Source of the DNA: a virus
Lineage: Duplodnaviria; Caudoviricetes
Virus record (IMG/VR): IMGVR_UViG_2925282926_000001
Span: 1-64,000 of that record
DNA length: 64,000 nucleotides
Reading direction: 5' to 3' (one strand)
The position numbers were made by a program, and so were the translations under genes. Under the pieces are notes generated by a model. That model was not told where the DNA came from, did not search any database, and was given only the letters and a program-made list of their open reading frames with translations. Positions within the stretch are counted from its first letter, which is position 1. Every line of letters starts with the position of its first letter. Below are positions 38,196 to 49,024 of the stretch, in pieces.

Positions 38196-39653
38196 TTATG
38201 CGCCGAAAAAGGCGTTCATATATGATGTGTCGTACTCGAAAATACCTTCGATTTCTTGGAAAGGTCCTGGTGGCGTGATAAAGAAGTGGAACCGTGCTTT
38301 ACCTTGCATCAGGTCCGCGATTGGATTCTCTGTCTCCAGGAACTCAACACGACCCCCAAGCAGGTATCCAGAAGCGACCAAACCGTTAAGCCATATGTTT
38401 GCACCGTCCGTAACTTCTTGGACGACACGAGTGTTCATCATGTCATCAACCTTGCTCCAAAACTGAATTGCAAAGTTGTTTTCCACCCAATCGAACATGC
38501 CTCGAACCGGAATGAAACCGCGCTGCGGGTCACGGAAGTCAGGGAATGCACCAGTCCTATTTCCCCAGGCAACAATGGTACCTGTGAAGTTAATCGCGGT
38601 TACGATACCTTCGGCGTTGATTTCATCGGCAATACTCTTGCCGATAACCATTTCTGTACCATCAGAGTAAATGATTGCATCAGCCATCAAAGGCTTGTTC
38701 GATGCAGATTCAGCAGGTACACCATCGTTACTTGCGTCAGTTGCACATGCAGCGCCGGTGTATAAAGTGGACATACGATACCTGCGACCGGATCGAACCG
38801 CCATCGGGTACGTATTGATCTGGCGTTCATCTCGGTATCCATTATCCTGCTTCCACTGAGCGATGGCATTCCAGCGAACTGAAGCGTCAAGGTCAGTAAC
38901 AGCACGAACCCTGAACATACCATTAAGGCTTTGTGAATTCCGAACCATAGCCGCTGCAACCATAGGCTCTTGTGAATAACCAGGAGCCGCAAGATAAGTA
39001 GGGGCATGTTGAAATCGTGGGAAAACTTCCTCCAGCAAGTCCAGTCCAGAACGGATCCCAGTTTCATCATCAGTACCGCCGATGATGTCAGTCCCGGTTA
39101 CGCCAGAAGCGTCCAATTTACTGAATGCAACACTCAAGGAATTCGCATCGGCTGGAATTGTTCCCGATCCGAGAACCGAGATAACAATTTGTCCATTGGC
39201 ATCGAATTTAACGCCGTAATCCGTACCGAGCGTGTATGTTGAAGCAGCATCGGCGGACTTAACAACCAGGCTGTTACGTAAAACGCCTTGCTCCTCGATT
39301 GTCACTGTCTTTTTAATGATCGGTTTGACTGAAGCAGCAACAACTTCTGTATGAACAGCCGGATCCAGAACGTTGATTAACACAATCGGGCTACCCAATT
39401 TATGCAACTCGAAATGTGAATGGATCGCCTCGGACAGCGTGAAGTTTTCGAAATCGTAAGAGAAACCAAATGCAGCAACAGCTTCGTCATATGAACGAGC
39501 CAACACCGGGACGTTGAGAGCCGATGAAGGATCATTCAACAAGTTCACCGGAGCCGTACCCACGAAAACAGGAGTGCTATACGCTGGCGGTCGTGCAGCC
39601 TGCGGCGACATCGGTTTTTCAGTGAGCGTAAAACCATGTTTTTCAATAGCCAT
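38196..39653 (-). CDS. Tail sheath protein
   Basis: PVFVGTAPVN, APGYS, SASNK, WGNRTG..P. Confidence 0.92.
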   Translation of the reverse strand: MAIEKHGFTLTEKPMSPQAARPPAYSTPVFVGTAPVNLLNDPSSALNVPVLARSYDEAVAAFGFSYDFENFTLSEAIHSHFELHKLGSPIVLINVLDPAVHTEVVAASVKPIIKKTVTIEEQGVLRNSLVVKSADAASTYTLGTDYGVKFDANGQIVISVLGSGTIPADANSLSVAFSKLDASGVTGTDIIGGTDDETGIRSGLDLLEEVFPRFQHAPTYLAAPGYSQEPMVAAAMVRNSQSLNGMFRVRAVTDLDASVRWNAIAQWKQDNGYRDERQINTYPMAVRSGRRYRMSTLYTGAACATDASNDGVPAESASNKPLMADAIIYSDGTEMVIGKSIADEINAEGIVTAINFTGTIVAWGNRTGAFPDFRDPQRGFIPVRGMFDWVENNFAIQFWSKVDDMMNTRVVQEVTDGANIWLNGLVASGYLLGGRVEFLETENPIADLMQGKARFHFFITPPGPFQEIEGIFEYDTSYMNAFFGA

Positions 39654-39982
39654 TAGATCTCACCTCTCTTGATCATGTCTTGTAAATCTTTGTAGCATCC
39701 AGCCTCAAACGAGTCCGGTTCGTAGTTCATCGCGATGCTAGCCGACAGAGATCCCGTGAGGGGTAGCAACAATGCTCTGACTTGATAAAGCTTGTCATAA
39801 AGCGGACGTGCTCTTTCAGGGAAACCGCTCGTCATGTTTCCGGGACGGAGCTTGATGCTGGAGATTTGCGGACCCAACCACGTCCATGTTTCTTTACCTG
39901 TTGCGAACGTCTCCACTGGCGGAGATGCTGTTTTTGTAGCCGGCTTTGTCACCTTTACTTCTTTCTCATCTGGTGTAGCCAT
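39653..39982 (-). CDS. Hypothetical structural protein
   Basis: Position before the sheath gene. Confidence 0.55.
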   Translation of the reverse strand: MATPDEKEVKVTKPATKTASPPVETFATGKETWTWLGPQISSIKLRPGNMTSGFPERARPLYDKLYQVRALLLPLTGSLSASIAMNYEPDSFEAGCYKDLQDMIKRGEI

Positions 39983-40529
39983 TAATAAAGTCCACCTTTC
40001 GTTCTAAAGTTGGTATCGCCCATGTGGTCATGAACTCACCAGACCAGTAAGGATAGGCTTGTTCCTCATGCAAAACAAAAGAGACGGGCCTTTGTAAATC
40101 GGCAGCCGCCCCCATTGTTCCAGTTGTTATGAAGTTCTGTCTGATCACTTGTGCCAGGTGCATAACATCCCGATACCCATCCTCGTCGTACGAATACGTG
40201 GCAATGAGGATTTTTACGGGAATATCAGCCTGCGCTTGTCCGTCTTGGTCGTATTCCGAGTCATCGACTCCGGTTGCGCGGATGATGATAAACGGGAAAA
40301 CGTCCTTGGTAAGCTCCTTGTCTAATACCTGATTGTTTTTGTTGACCCCGGTGATTGTGACAGGAACAGCGGGATCGGGCGGTTGTTCTTTTGGACCTGA
40401 GATTTTTTGCGGCAAATATCCGATGTGTACATTGGGAGCCTTTTTGTTGTCTCCGATCTGCATATCTCTGGTCAATTCAATCAATCGCTCTTTCATGTAA
40501 TCCAATAATTCAAGTGGCGTAAGGCTCAT
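39966..40529 (-). CDS. Putative tail terminator/completion protein
   Basis: FPFIIIR...YPYW pattern; synteny. Confidence 0.6.
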   Translation of the reverse strand: MSLTPLELLDYMKERLIELTRDMQIGDNKKAPNVHIGYLPQKISGPKEQPPDPAVPVTITGVNKNNQVLDKELTKDVFPFIIIRATGVDDSEYDQDGQAQADIPVKILIATYSYDEDGYRDVMHLAQVIRQNFITTGTMGAAADLQRPVSFVLHEEQAYPYWSGEFMTTWAIPTLERKVDFINGYTR

Positions 40530-41086
40530 AGGTTAATCCTCCCTAAATTGCGTCCCAATTCGTGCATCATCCTTGTTTCAAAGGCTTCTTTCAGTACCTT
40601 TTCAGTCTCTTCTCGTACCTCTTGCTTGTTGACCATGACAGGGACAGCAGGCCCGAGCAATTCTTTGATCGGTAAGCGTTTCTTAGTCTTCCTTTCAAGG
40701 ACACCGATATGGCTTCCTACCTTGGTCACAAATGCACCAGGAACGACCTTTTTGCCACCGTTTAGGATAGAGGCTTTTAGTACTTTAGGAAGCTTTTTAG
40801 GCGTTGGCTTGCTCGGGTAGGTCTTGAACCTGATCAGAGGCATAGAACCATCAGATGATACCAGCTTAGACCGCAAACTACCTGCGCTCGCTTTGCCTGC
40901 GCTGAACGTCTTGGTAATCGATGCGGCCTTGACTGTGTACTTTTCCCTCACCTTCCGAGAAGCGGCTGTACGAGCCATTTGTGTAGCTCTGTTCATGGCT
41001 GAGGCCGCTGATTTAGGGACGGAAGTCTCTACTTTCGATCCAAAGTTTCTTACTCTACGGGCATTACTTTTAATCCTGATCCTCAT
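40526..41086 (-). CDS. Minor tail protein Z-like
   Basis: AMNRA...YTVK...RLPIKELLGPAVP.M. Confidence 0.8.
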   Translation of the reverse strand: MRIRIKSNARRVRNFGSKVETSVPKSAASAMNRATQMARTAASRKVREKYTVKAASITKTFSAGKASAGSLRSKLVSSDGSMPLIRFKTYPSKPTPKKLPKVLKASILNGGKKVVPGAFVTKVGSHIGVLERKTKKRLPIKELLGPAVPVMVNKQEVREETEKVLKEAFETRMMHELGRNLGRINL

Positions 41087-41087
41087 T

Positions 41088-41435
41088 TTAAAAAGTCCTG
41101 TTTGCTATCAATGAGATTTTAATGACTCCAAACTCGTTGAATGCGCCCGTAACTTCGTACTGCTGTCCGTCGACTTTGACAATATCGCCATCGGAAGGGG
41201 TGTAGGCCAAATGTTCATGGGGGATATGAACAACGGCGTTATTTACAACAACACCCTCAACCATAACAACAGGTTTACCGCTGAAATCGAATGACTCGAA
41301 GATCATCGGCAGGTTACGGGCAGTCCTCTCGTCTTTCGGATCGTTTTGCCAAGAATGAAGCTCAGCAAACTCCAGCGGATTAAAGAAAACCCTCTGGATA
41401 TCTATCCTCATTTGATCCCTAAGAGACATGGACAA
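41088..41435 (-). CDS. Head-tail joining protein
   Basis: DIQRVFFNPLEFAE.H, VDGQQYEV. Confidence 0.65.
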   Translation of the reverse strand: MSMSLRDQMRIDIQRVFFNPLEFAELHSWQNDPKDERTARNLPMIFESFDFSGKPVVMVEGVVVNNAVVHIPHEHLAYTPSDGDIVKVDGQQYEVTGAFNEFGVIKISLIANRTF

Positions 41436-41448
41436 TCACCCGCCTTTT

Positions 41449-41661
41449 TTAATCCTCTGTTGCTCCTCCTTCTTCAAGCTGCTTAAGGCGCTCTGCCTCA
41501 GCCTTTTTAACCCGCTCTTTTTCAGCATCAGGATTGATAATCGCCTTTGCTTTGATTAACCGTTCAAGGTCTGCCTTTTCCACACCTTTTGTCGGGAAAT
41601 CAACATCCTTTTCGTACTGAACTCCATCGTGCTTGATTTTCATTGTCGTTTTATATGCCAT
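41449..41661 (-). CDS. Small head-associated protein
   Basis: IKHDGVQYE...ERLIKAKAI; follows the capsid gene. Confidence 0.55.
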   Translation of the reverse strand: MAYKTTMKIKHDGVQYEKDVDFPTKGVEKADLERLIKAKAIINPDAEKERVKKAEAERLKQLEEGGATED

Positions 41662-41685
41662 GGTTAAATACCTCCGATTTTTTAA

Positions 41686-42732
41686 TTACATTGCCTTAAC
41701 AACGTACCAGCCATTGACGTTTTCCGGGATGCAAAGTGGCTTGGACAGCAGTTCCAATTCTCGTTTGATCGGACGTTTTTGCGTGAATACTTGCGGGTAC
41801 ATGTCTGTGTCTGCGTATTTCACATTACCTTCATCATCCATAACTTCGATTGCGCCGTAGTCAAACCGGAATGGTTCTCCATCAGGAAGCATTGCAAGTG
41901 TTCCCTCTGGAATATAATCAACCTCATTCCCCGCTTCATCCGTATAGGAATTGGTGTAGGACCAGATATGCAGCGCTGCTTGACGCAGGTAACCGTGATA
42001 GATAACACCATTGGGCAGGCCGTCCACTTGCTGATTCAGGTTACCGACATCAAGCGTTTCTTTCTTAGCATCGATTAAAGCGAGCAATGTTGGGTGAGTA
42101 ACGATACGCTGTGCCACCTCGAATGTTGCCAGTACTTTACGGGTCGACAAACCTGAACCTTTCATAACATCCAGTTTCTTCTGTGTAAGGTATCCAACAA
42201 CGTCAAACGAATCGTCAGCAAAAGAAGATGTACCGGACAGGATTTCAATGTTTTCGAATTCCCAATCAAGGATTTGAGATACACCTTCACCGATTTGTTC
42301 TGTTTTACCAGTGAACATGATTTGCGCCAATTGTTGCACTTTACGGCGGTGGATAGACGCTTTCAGATCAGCCAAATCTTGAATGATCAAATCCTCGTAT
42401 CGCTCTGCTGGAGATTTAGGATTAATCAGTGTTTCGTTGACTCCTGCAACCTTCAAATCATGCTTCGAAATGATGCGAGAAGGTCTGAGCATCGCAGGTT
42501 TGAATGTCTTTGCAGACCATTTTCCACGAGCGATAACTTTACCTGGAAGTAGTTCGCTAACATATGGTGCAAGCGGACGGTTACCTTTCTTCGTTCTGAT
42601 TTCCACCTCTTCTGTTTCGAACTTCGTTCCCTCTGTTGAGAAACTGTCGGTCAGGTAAGATGAATCTTGTGGGAAAGATTCCAGAGTTTGAATAAGTGTT
42701 GGAATCTCTAAAATTTCATGATAATCAGCCAT
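41686..42732 (-). CDS. Major capsid protein (lambda E family)
   Basis: KGNRPLAPYV, SKPLCIP; synteny. Confidence 0.9.
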   Translation of the reverse strand: MADYHEILEIPTLIQTLESFPQDSSYLTDSFSTEGTKFETEEVEIRTKKGNRPLAPYVSELLPGKVIARGKWSAKTFKPAMLRPSRIISKHDLKVAGVNETLINPKSPAERYEDLIIQDLADLKASIHRRKVQQLAQIMFTGKTEQIGEGVSQILDWEFENIEILSGTSSFADDSFDVVGYLTQKKLDVMKGSGLSTRKVLATFEVAQRIVTHPTLLALIDAKKETLDVGNLNQQVDGLPNGVIYHGYLRQAALHIWSYTNSYTDEAGNEVDYIPEGTLAMLPDGEPFRFDYGAIEVMDDEGNVKYADTDMYPQVFTQKRPIKRELELLSKPLCIPENVNGWYVVKAM

Positions 42733-42747
42733 TTTTATAATCCTCCC

Positions 42748-43143
42748 TTATTTAACGATCCGTTTTGTGATGATACCGATGCGGCGCAATGCTTGTTCAT
42801 GCTGTGCCACTTTGTCAGTGCCGCCGAACTTAAGAGCATCGCGGTTAAACTCTCCGTCAAGGTAAACGGAGCAACGAGCATCCGCTGTAGTAGCATCAAC
42901 GACAGTATCAGCCAGGACAGCATAGACATTCTGCGTACCATCCGTTTTAGTGGAGTCAACCGGAGCACCAACAGGTGTACCAGCGTACAAATCAGACTCA
43001 GCAAGCTGCGAAGAAACACCGACAACAGTACCGCGAGTTACAAGCCCGGAGCCAGCCTTGATGATAAAAGCCGTCATACGTTCCGATCTATCACCGCCAC
43101 CTGCAAACAACTCGTCAAAACCTGGGGAAATGTACTCAGCCAT
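42748..43143 (-). CDS. Head decoration protein (lambda D-like)
   Basis: RGTVVG, YLDGEFN..AL, LRRIGI. Confidence 0.85.
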   Translation of the reverse strand: MAEYISPGFDELFAGGGDRSERMTAFIIKAGSGLVTRGTVVGVSSQLAESDLYAGTPVGAPVDSTKTDGTQNVYAVLADTVVDATTADARCSVYLDGEFNRDALKFGGTDKVAQHEQALRRIGIITKRIVK

Positions 43144-44237
43144 TATTTACGACCTCCATTTTTGAACGCTGCTGCTTTTGCTGCCATACGAGCAGTTACA
43201 GCGTCTTTTTCTTCTTTTTTCTTCTGGTCATCGTTCTTAGCTTCCAAGTTCTCTACACCCTCTGCGCCAGAATCCTTTGCATCGTCCTTGCGGTTTTGAA
43301 GCTCGGCTCCGTTCCGCTTCATGGATGCTTCCATGAATTTGAGCGCTACACTAGCAACGTCACCGCCGTTAGCGATAGCCTCGTTCACGAAAGACTCTGC
43401 ACCTGGATGCTTGGCGTAAGCTTGCAGGGCAACCACACGGTCGCGCTCTGCCTTCTCAGCATCGTTTGAAATCTGTGCGAACAAATCAGGATGTTCGGCT
43501 TTAAATTGGTTCATATCCATCTTTTTCGGTTCCTCCTTGTTTTCCGGCGTTTTCTCCGGTTGTATCGTTGTTGGTTTTTCTTGTTGTTCGCTGACCATGT
43601 TTTTAATGTCAGCCGGTGTTAACTTAGCCTGTATAAGCTTGTTTTTGATCTTGTCCATGACCTCATTAGAGAAAAGCGGTGCTGCAAAAGATGCTGCGAC
43701 TTTCTCTGTTTGGGCAAACATAACTTCATCGGCTAAACCGTTGGCTACCGCTTCCTGAGCGTTGAAGAATGTTTCTTTCTTCATCAAACCCATGATTTCC
43801 TCACGGCTTTTCCCGGTTTTTTGCTCGTAAGCGTTAATGATTCCTTCGTCTACACTGTCCAGCATTTGCCCAGCCTGATCCATTTGATCCTTGTTGCCAC
43901 GCGCCACGCTTAACGCCCTGTGGATCATAACCTGCGCTGTTGGTGACATTAGCACAGTGTCAGCTCCACACATTCCTACAGACGCAGCACTGGCAGCAAC
44001 TCCCACAACCTTAGCGACTGTTTTTCCGGTGTACTCCCTTAGAGCTGTGTAAATCTCTGACCCCGCCCAAACATCACCACCAGGAGAGTTAATATATACC
44101 TCAACGTCCTGTCCGGCTGCCTGTTCAAGTTGTTTGGAAACTGATCGAGGTGTGACATGATCCATATCGAACCATTCATATAACCATGCATCATCGTTGG
44201 AAATGATAGCCCCAAACATATTAATCCTAATCGCCAT
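43143..44237 (-). CDS. ClpP-type head maturation protease with C-terminal scaffold
   Basis: INSPGGDV..G, AASAAS, MIH, ET.FNAQEAV..GLAD; internal AAGGAGG plus ATG at 43520. Confidence 0.9.
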   Translation of the reverse strand: MAIRINMFGAIISNDDAWLYEWFDMDHVTPRSVSKQLEQAAGQDVEVYINSPGGDVWAGSEIYTALREYTGKTVAKVVGVAASAASVGMCGADTVLMSPTAQVMIHRALSVARGNKDQMDQAGQMLDSVDEGIINAYEQKTGKSREEIMGLMKKETFFNAQEAVANGLADEVMFAQTEKVAASFAAPLFSNEVMDKIKNKLIQAKLTPADIKNMVSEQQEKPTTIQPEKTPENKEEPKKMDMNQFKAEHPDLFAQISNDAEKAERDRVVALQAYAKHPGAESFVNEAIANGGDVASVALKFMEASMKRNGAELQNRKDDAKDSGAEGVENLEAKNDDQKKKEEKDAVTARMAAKAAAFKNGGRK

Positions 44238-45919
44238 TAGTTTTGTTCACCCCCTTCCCCGTCTTCATCGTCGTTGTCCTCATCGTCTATATTTGATGGT
44301 TCAGAAGGCGTTGCAGGTGCAGCGCCCTCTGTTAATCCAAGTTCTTTCAGGCGCTTTTTCTCGTAGGATCGTTGTTGGACGTTGTCCTCCCACGATCCAC
44401 CGTTGATCTCGGCTGTCTCCCTGGTAGCGGTGGAAAGGTTGTTCTCCATACGCATGACTGAGGCTTGCACTTCCTTGGTTGGATCGAGCAACCCCTGGCT
44501 CGGACCATGCCATTCAGCTTTTGTGTACGCAGCAAAAATAGCCGGATCATCAAAGATTCCCGGCGCACTTATACGTCCTTTTGCTACAGCCTCAACAAAC
44601 CATTCCTCATAGATCGGTTGACAAAAATTCTTTGACAACCAGGCGCGGCGCATGCGGTACATTTTCCAAGCTTCCAGGAGCGCGCCGCGAGAAGCGGAGT
44701 AAGAGCTGGTGAACTGCTTTGTCAAAATCTCATACGGAAGTTCCAGCGCCGCTGCTATTTGCTTAAGCAACGCCCGGACAAACGCCTCGTAGTTCGGGTT
44801 TGGTCGGGTAGGGTCTGCAAACTTAACATCCTCACCCGGATCGGTGCGGACGATAGCTCCAGCTCCCATTTTCAACTCGTTGCCTGTAGCATCTGGCCTT
44901 TCCTGCGCCTCCGGTAATTCATCCATCGGCATACCTACCGTTTCAAACGGATCATCTCCGTCATCCTCGGTTGGGGTTGTAATAAATACGGTGTACATTG
45001 ACGTGACCACCGCGGCGGTCAACTCAGCGTGGGTGTATTGCTCCAGCAGCTTCAAGGATTCAATGATCGGAGACACCACGGGGATACCACGGCGCTGTCC
45101 AGGCCGTTCGGACTCGAACAGGTGGATAACGTTCACCCTTCCGGTCTTGGAACCGTATTTTTGCACCCTCTGCCAGTCATTTGCCCCGGTCAGATTGTAT
45201 CCACTGGCTCCAGGATGTCGATTGCTAAAATGATACGCGACAACCATCCCGTCACTATCTACCTCCACGCCGGATTGAATCTTGTTTCCATCGGTGTTGG
45301 CGCTGCTGTTCGGTGTGTCACAGCGGTCAGCCTCAATCAAATTCACTTTGAGGTCATAAACCGACCACTTACGAGGCAGAAACGGCATAAGCGCGAACAC
45401 ATCACCGCTCATAAGGGTCGAGATAAAGGCCAGGGCTTGAAGCTCATAGAAGTCATTGACCCCGGCTGCATCACATTTGGTTGTCTCAGCCCACAACGCC
45501 CATTCACTTTGAATGGACCGGCGCAATTCCTCGGCCTGTTGTTCATCCAATCCCAACCTCTCAGCATCAAAAGCAGGGCTGAGTTTGAGTCCGGTACCAA
45601 CAATGTTTGTACGTAAACCCTTATGGGCAGCGGCGACGATATCGGAACCCATGTGCAAGTCCCTGGAACGTTCGCGCAGGGTCTTAACATTCTTGTGGAT
45701 ATCCGTATCGGCATCCCCTGCCTTCGCTCCCCAAAAGAACATATTCTTTTTGGTGCGACTGGCTCCATGCTTTCCGTAACCTCTACCATTACTTCCGGCA
45801 CTGTAGTTGTTCGTCACCTTACGGATGGCCTGTTGTCTGACAATTTCTGTACGTGCTATTTCGCGCCTAGCAGCTACACCAGGAGCGAAGGCTGCAATTG
45901 CTTTGTCGATAATATTCAT
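44237..45919 (-). CDS. Portal protein, lambda family
   Basis: LRERSRDL, RPGQRRG.P, SSYSASR.ALLE, LDPTKEV. Confidence 0.93.
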   Translation of the reverse strand: MNIIDKAIAAFAPGVAARREIARTEIVRQQAIRKVTNNYSAGSNGRGYGKHGASRTKKNMFFWGAKAGDADTDIHKNVKTLRERSRDLHMGSDIVAAAHKGLRTNIVGTGLKLSPAFDAERLGLDEQQAEELRRSIQSEWALWAETTKCDAAGVNDFYELQALAFISTLMSGDVFALMPFLPRKWSVYDLKVNLIEADRCDTPNSSANTDGNKIQSGVEVDSDGMVVAYHFSNRHPGASGYNLTGANDWQRVQKYGSKTGRVNVIHLFESERPGQRRGIPVVSPIIESLKLLEQYTHAELTAAVVTSMYTVFITTPTEDDGDDPFETVGMPMDELPEAQERPDATGNELKMGAGAIVRTDPGEDVKFADPTRPNPNYEAFVRALLKQIAAALELPYEILTKQFTSSYSASRGALLEAWKMYRMRRAWLSKNFCQPIYEEWFVEAVAKGRISAPGIFDDPAIFAAYTKAEWHGPSQGLLDPTKEVQASVMRMENNLSTATRETAEINGGSWEDNVQQRSYEKKRLKELGLTEGAAPATPSEPSNIDDEDNDDEDGEGGEQN

Positions 45920-46155
45920 GAGTCAACAGGGTACAACGATGATGTGCGAGAGCGGCGTTTCCCTCCATTTTCGTAAGCGTCAATGATCCTTCTATATCTC
46001 CGCTTCATCATCTGGATTTCCTCCATACTGGAGTACGTCACACCTCTACCACTAATGTTATAGCTGGCACCTGCTGAACGAGCGTCCTCGGCTTCTGACC
46101 ACATTTGGTATTTCCGCTTTGCGTCCTCGTATGCTTCCAATGTAATCTTTCGCAT
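45916..46155 (-). CDS. Head-tail adaptor (gpW-like)
   Basis: GASYNISGRGVTY; between terL and portal. Confidence 0.7.
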   Translation of the reverse strand: MRKITLEAYEDAKRKYQMWSEAEDARSAGASYNISGRGVTYSSMEEIQMMKRRYRRIIDAYENGGKRRSRTSSLYPVDS

Positions 46156-46182
46156 TTTCCCTTTTCACCCCCTTATTTTGGT

Positions 46183-48042
46183 CTACACTCCACTAGAAAC
46201 CATGCCGCCTTTTTTCTTTTTCGGCTGCTTCCGTCCTGCTCCTGGTTTACTCGGATCAGGCAAAGGAAGGTTAAAGTTAGGGTTTGCCATCTCGATTGCT
46301 GCTCGGTTATAAACCGCAAGGTCAAGTGCCTCGTTTCGTGCCCTTGTTTGCACCCATGCAGTATATGGTTTTCCGCCCTTGTACCTCGTAACAAGCTGCT
46401 CCGCTGTCATTTGCTTGAAATATTCCTCGTCATAAACGAACGGATCGGGATTGTCGGGGTGAGGCAGAGGGAAACGACACGAACCAAGCTCTCCAGGATC
46501 GAGGCTGAGGGACGCAAAAACTGCCGCCTTACCTTCGGATACCCCAACACGAATAACTGTCGCTTTCGGGACGTTGTTCGTGCTGAACCCGTTCAGTAGC
46601 GGGGTCTGTGTTCCGTCTCCGGCTTCCTCGCCCTTCAAGGCGTAAACGTTCAATGCTTGCAGCGGCCTGCAAAACTTGTACACCCTCAAAGTGTGGTGCC
46701 CCCCGGAGTCTATCAGCGTTCGAACAGATCTGAATGGCCTGCCCTCTGCATCGTGCCACGTCCTGGAGAGAAATTCCCGTAGCTCCTGCCAGACTTGCGG
46801 TTGATTGAGGTCGCCAGGGATGATGTGGCGCTGTATTCTCCAGCTTGTGAAGCCTGAACCCCACCCAACTACATCAATTTCAAAGCGTGTATCCTGCGTA
46901 TCGACCCCGATTGTCAGGAATTTAACCCCTTCCGGCACCCTTGCGCGGTACATTTCGCGGCGATTAAGAAGGATTTCGTGTTCAAGCTTCTGCCCTTCTT
47001 CCTCCCAAAGCTCTGCCAAAACCGTATTTATGAAGACTTTTACGGCTTGTTTCCCCTTCTTATTTGCCGCTACCCACTCCGCTACTGCCATTTTCCATGT
47101 GTAATTGATGGTTGCAGCGAGTGCGGAAAGGTGAAATCCACGAGTTGTGGCGTGTTTTTTCTCGGCTATCCACTGAGTACGATCCGCATAATCTCGCTTC
47201 CACTCGTGTTCATGGTGCATTGCCCCGCATTCCTCGCAAGCGTGTGTCACTTCTGTACACTGGCTCGTTTCTTCATCGTAGGTGTATTTCATCCGTTGCC
47301 AACTCAGCGTTTGAAGGTGGTCGCAGCTCGGACACATGAAGTGCAGGCGCTCTTTGGTGCTGTCTTCATACTGCTTCTCAATCTCCGAGTGATCTTTGGT
47401 TGTTGGAGTGGAAACGAAAATCATTTTCCTGTTGTAAAAGGTTGTCGTCCGCTTAAAAGCAAGATCGATAGGCGAACCCTCGTTTCCTGCCGATGCTGCG
47501 AAACGGTCAACCTCATCCGCTAGTAGGATTCTGATCGGTTTGGATGCCAAAGAAGCCGGAGCATTTGACCCAGCTATATTTATCCGTCCGCCTTTGAAGC
47601 TTTTGTAATAAATAGTGTTCCTGCTGTCTCGCGTCTTGGCGGTTGTAAACAGCCTGTTGAGTTGTGGCGAGTCCCGATACATCGGCATGAGTCGGTCATT
47701 AGAGAAATCCTTGGCGACCCCTAGGTCCGGTTGAACCATCATGATAGGCGAAGGATCGTGACCAGTGTAATATCCAATGACATTGAGTTGAAAGGCTGTT
47801 TTACCAAGCTGCGCTCCCATCATTAAGACAACTTTCTCAACGGTGGGGTCAGATACAGCATTCATCGGCCCAACCATGTAAGGGACACGATCAGTACGCC
47901 ATGGACCTTTTTCCGCCGAGTCCTCAGCAGACAAAACCCTGTGCTCATCCGCCCAATCCGTTAGGTGTAAAGGTTCAGGCGGAGCCACAAGGTACATCGT
48001 TTCCTTCAATAATCCGAGCGTTTGCCGTTTACCTGCATTCAC
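46183..48042 (-). CDS. Terminase large subunit (GpA family)
   Basis: AQLGKT, LLADEVD, STPT, GVDTQ, IDSGG, RNEALDL. Confidence 0.95.
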   Translation of the reverse strand: MNAGKRQTLGLLKETMYLVAPPEPLHLTDWADEHRVLSAEDSAEKGPWRTDRVPYMVGPMNAVSDPTVEKVVLMMGAQLGKTAFQLNVIGYYTGHDPSPIMMVQPDLGVAKDFSNDRLMPMYRDSPQLNRLFTTAKTRDSRNTIYYKSFKGGRINIAGSNAPASLASKPIRILLADEVDRFAASAGNEGSPIDLAFKRTTTFYNRKMIFVSTPTTKDHSEIEKQYEDSTKERLHFMCPSCDHLQTLSWQRMKYTYDEETSQCTEVTHACEECGAMHHEHEWKRDYADRTQWIAEKKHATTRGFHLSALAATINYTWKMAVAEWVAANKKGKQAVKVFINTVLAELWEEEGQKLEHEILLNRREMYRARVPEGVKFLTIGVDTQDTRFEIDVVGWGSGFTSWRIQRHIIPGDLNQPQVWQELREFLSRTWHDAEGRPFRSVRTLIDSGGHHTLRVYKFCRPLQALNVYALKGEEAGDGTQTPLLNGFSTNNVPKATVIRVGVSEGKAAVFASLSLDPGELGSCRFPLPHPDNPDPFVYDEEYFKQMTAEQLVTRYKGGKPYTAWVQTRARNEALDLAVYNRAAIEMANPNFNLPLPDPSKPGAGRKQPKKKKGGMVSSGV

Positions 48043-48596
48043 TCTGCATCACCACCAGAGCCGTTCAACGGATCGTACTTGGATAGAGCGACCAAAGCTG
48101 AGGTTATTCGTTGTTCCAGCATTGTCCTAATCTCTTTTTCGTCTGTCATGTACGTTAACTTAGCAGCAATGGACGGAGGCAAAACCATGAGCATTCCGCG
48201 GAAATTAACCAGCAGGTCGCCCCACGCCTCCTGCACATCTTTGGTGCTGTGAAGGTTCTTCCGCTTTTCCTCCAGTTCCAACATGGCAATCTCTTTCTTG
48301 ATCTGCTCATGCTGGGCTTTCTCGTCGTTGTAACTTATCTTCCCTTCCTCCGCCACGCCTGTAACGTGATTGATGTAAGCCTTGATCGTTGGGCCGAGCA
48401 GGTATTTACCTCTCGATATCTGGCTCAAAACTCCATCCCTCGTAAGCTGCGCAACCCACTGTGTTGTTTTACCAATACAAGCAGCAATATCGGAGGTTCC
48501 AACGATGGCTTCAGAGGATATTTTTTTTTCAATTTCTTTCGAGGGCTGTTTCCTTTTCTTCGTCATCTTACTTTCTGTTTTGAGCGCCATATTCAC
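48039..48596 (-). CDS. Terminase small subunit (Nu1-like)
   Basis: N-terminal HTH IA..IGKT.QWV.QL..DG plus coiled coil. Confidence 0.85.
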   Translation of the reverse strand: MNMALKTESKMTKKRKQPSKEIEKKISSEAIVGTSDIAACIGKTTQWVAQLTRDGVLSQISRGKYLLGPTIKAYINHVTGVAEEGKISYNDEKAQHEQIKKEIAMLELEEKRKNLHSTKDVQEAWGDLLVNFRGMLMVLPPSIAAKLTYMTDEKEIRTMLEQRITSALVALSKYDPLNGSGGDAE

Positions 48597-48758
48597 ACAC
48601 CTCGTCAGACCGATTTTAAGGCGGTTTTCAGGCCGCGCATTAGATGAAGGTAAATTTATATTGATTAGATATAAAAAAGGCGCTCATGACCTAATTATCG
48701 GCCTGTGAACGCCTTTCAAGTGAAAGTGATTTTGAAATTTAAAAACTGGCGGTATTTT

Positions 48759-48803
48759 GGGCTCGCAAGCACCCGCACTCATTTCCCAGCTCCAGAGGGA
48801 CCC
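48759..48803 (-). other. Candidate cos site
   Basis: GGGTCCC-N17-AGTGCGGGTGCTTGCGAGCCC upstream of terS resembles the lambda cosQ (GGGTCCT)-cosN layout. Confidence 0.45.
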
Positions 48804-49024
48804 AAAGTTCTCAAAACCTCGGACGTTTCCTGAATTTCTCAGGCAAAATGCTATCAACTGAACCAATAATCTTGTCGTGTTTTCTACAAAGCATCCTCGC
48901 TGTTGGCTTGGCATAGGGCATGGGGTCAAGCTCAACAGGTTCGTTACAGAAGAAGCATAGAGGGACGCTGGTGTTATTGATGAGTACGTATTGAATCATT
49001 GATCTATCCTTACATCCTCACCTC

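Noticed and set aside
48811-48999. HNH nuclease before terminase
   Set aside because: Has CxxC/CxxH but no recognisable HNH motif; left uncalled.
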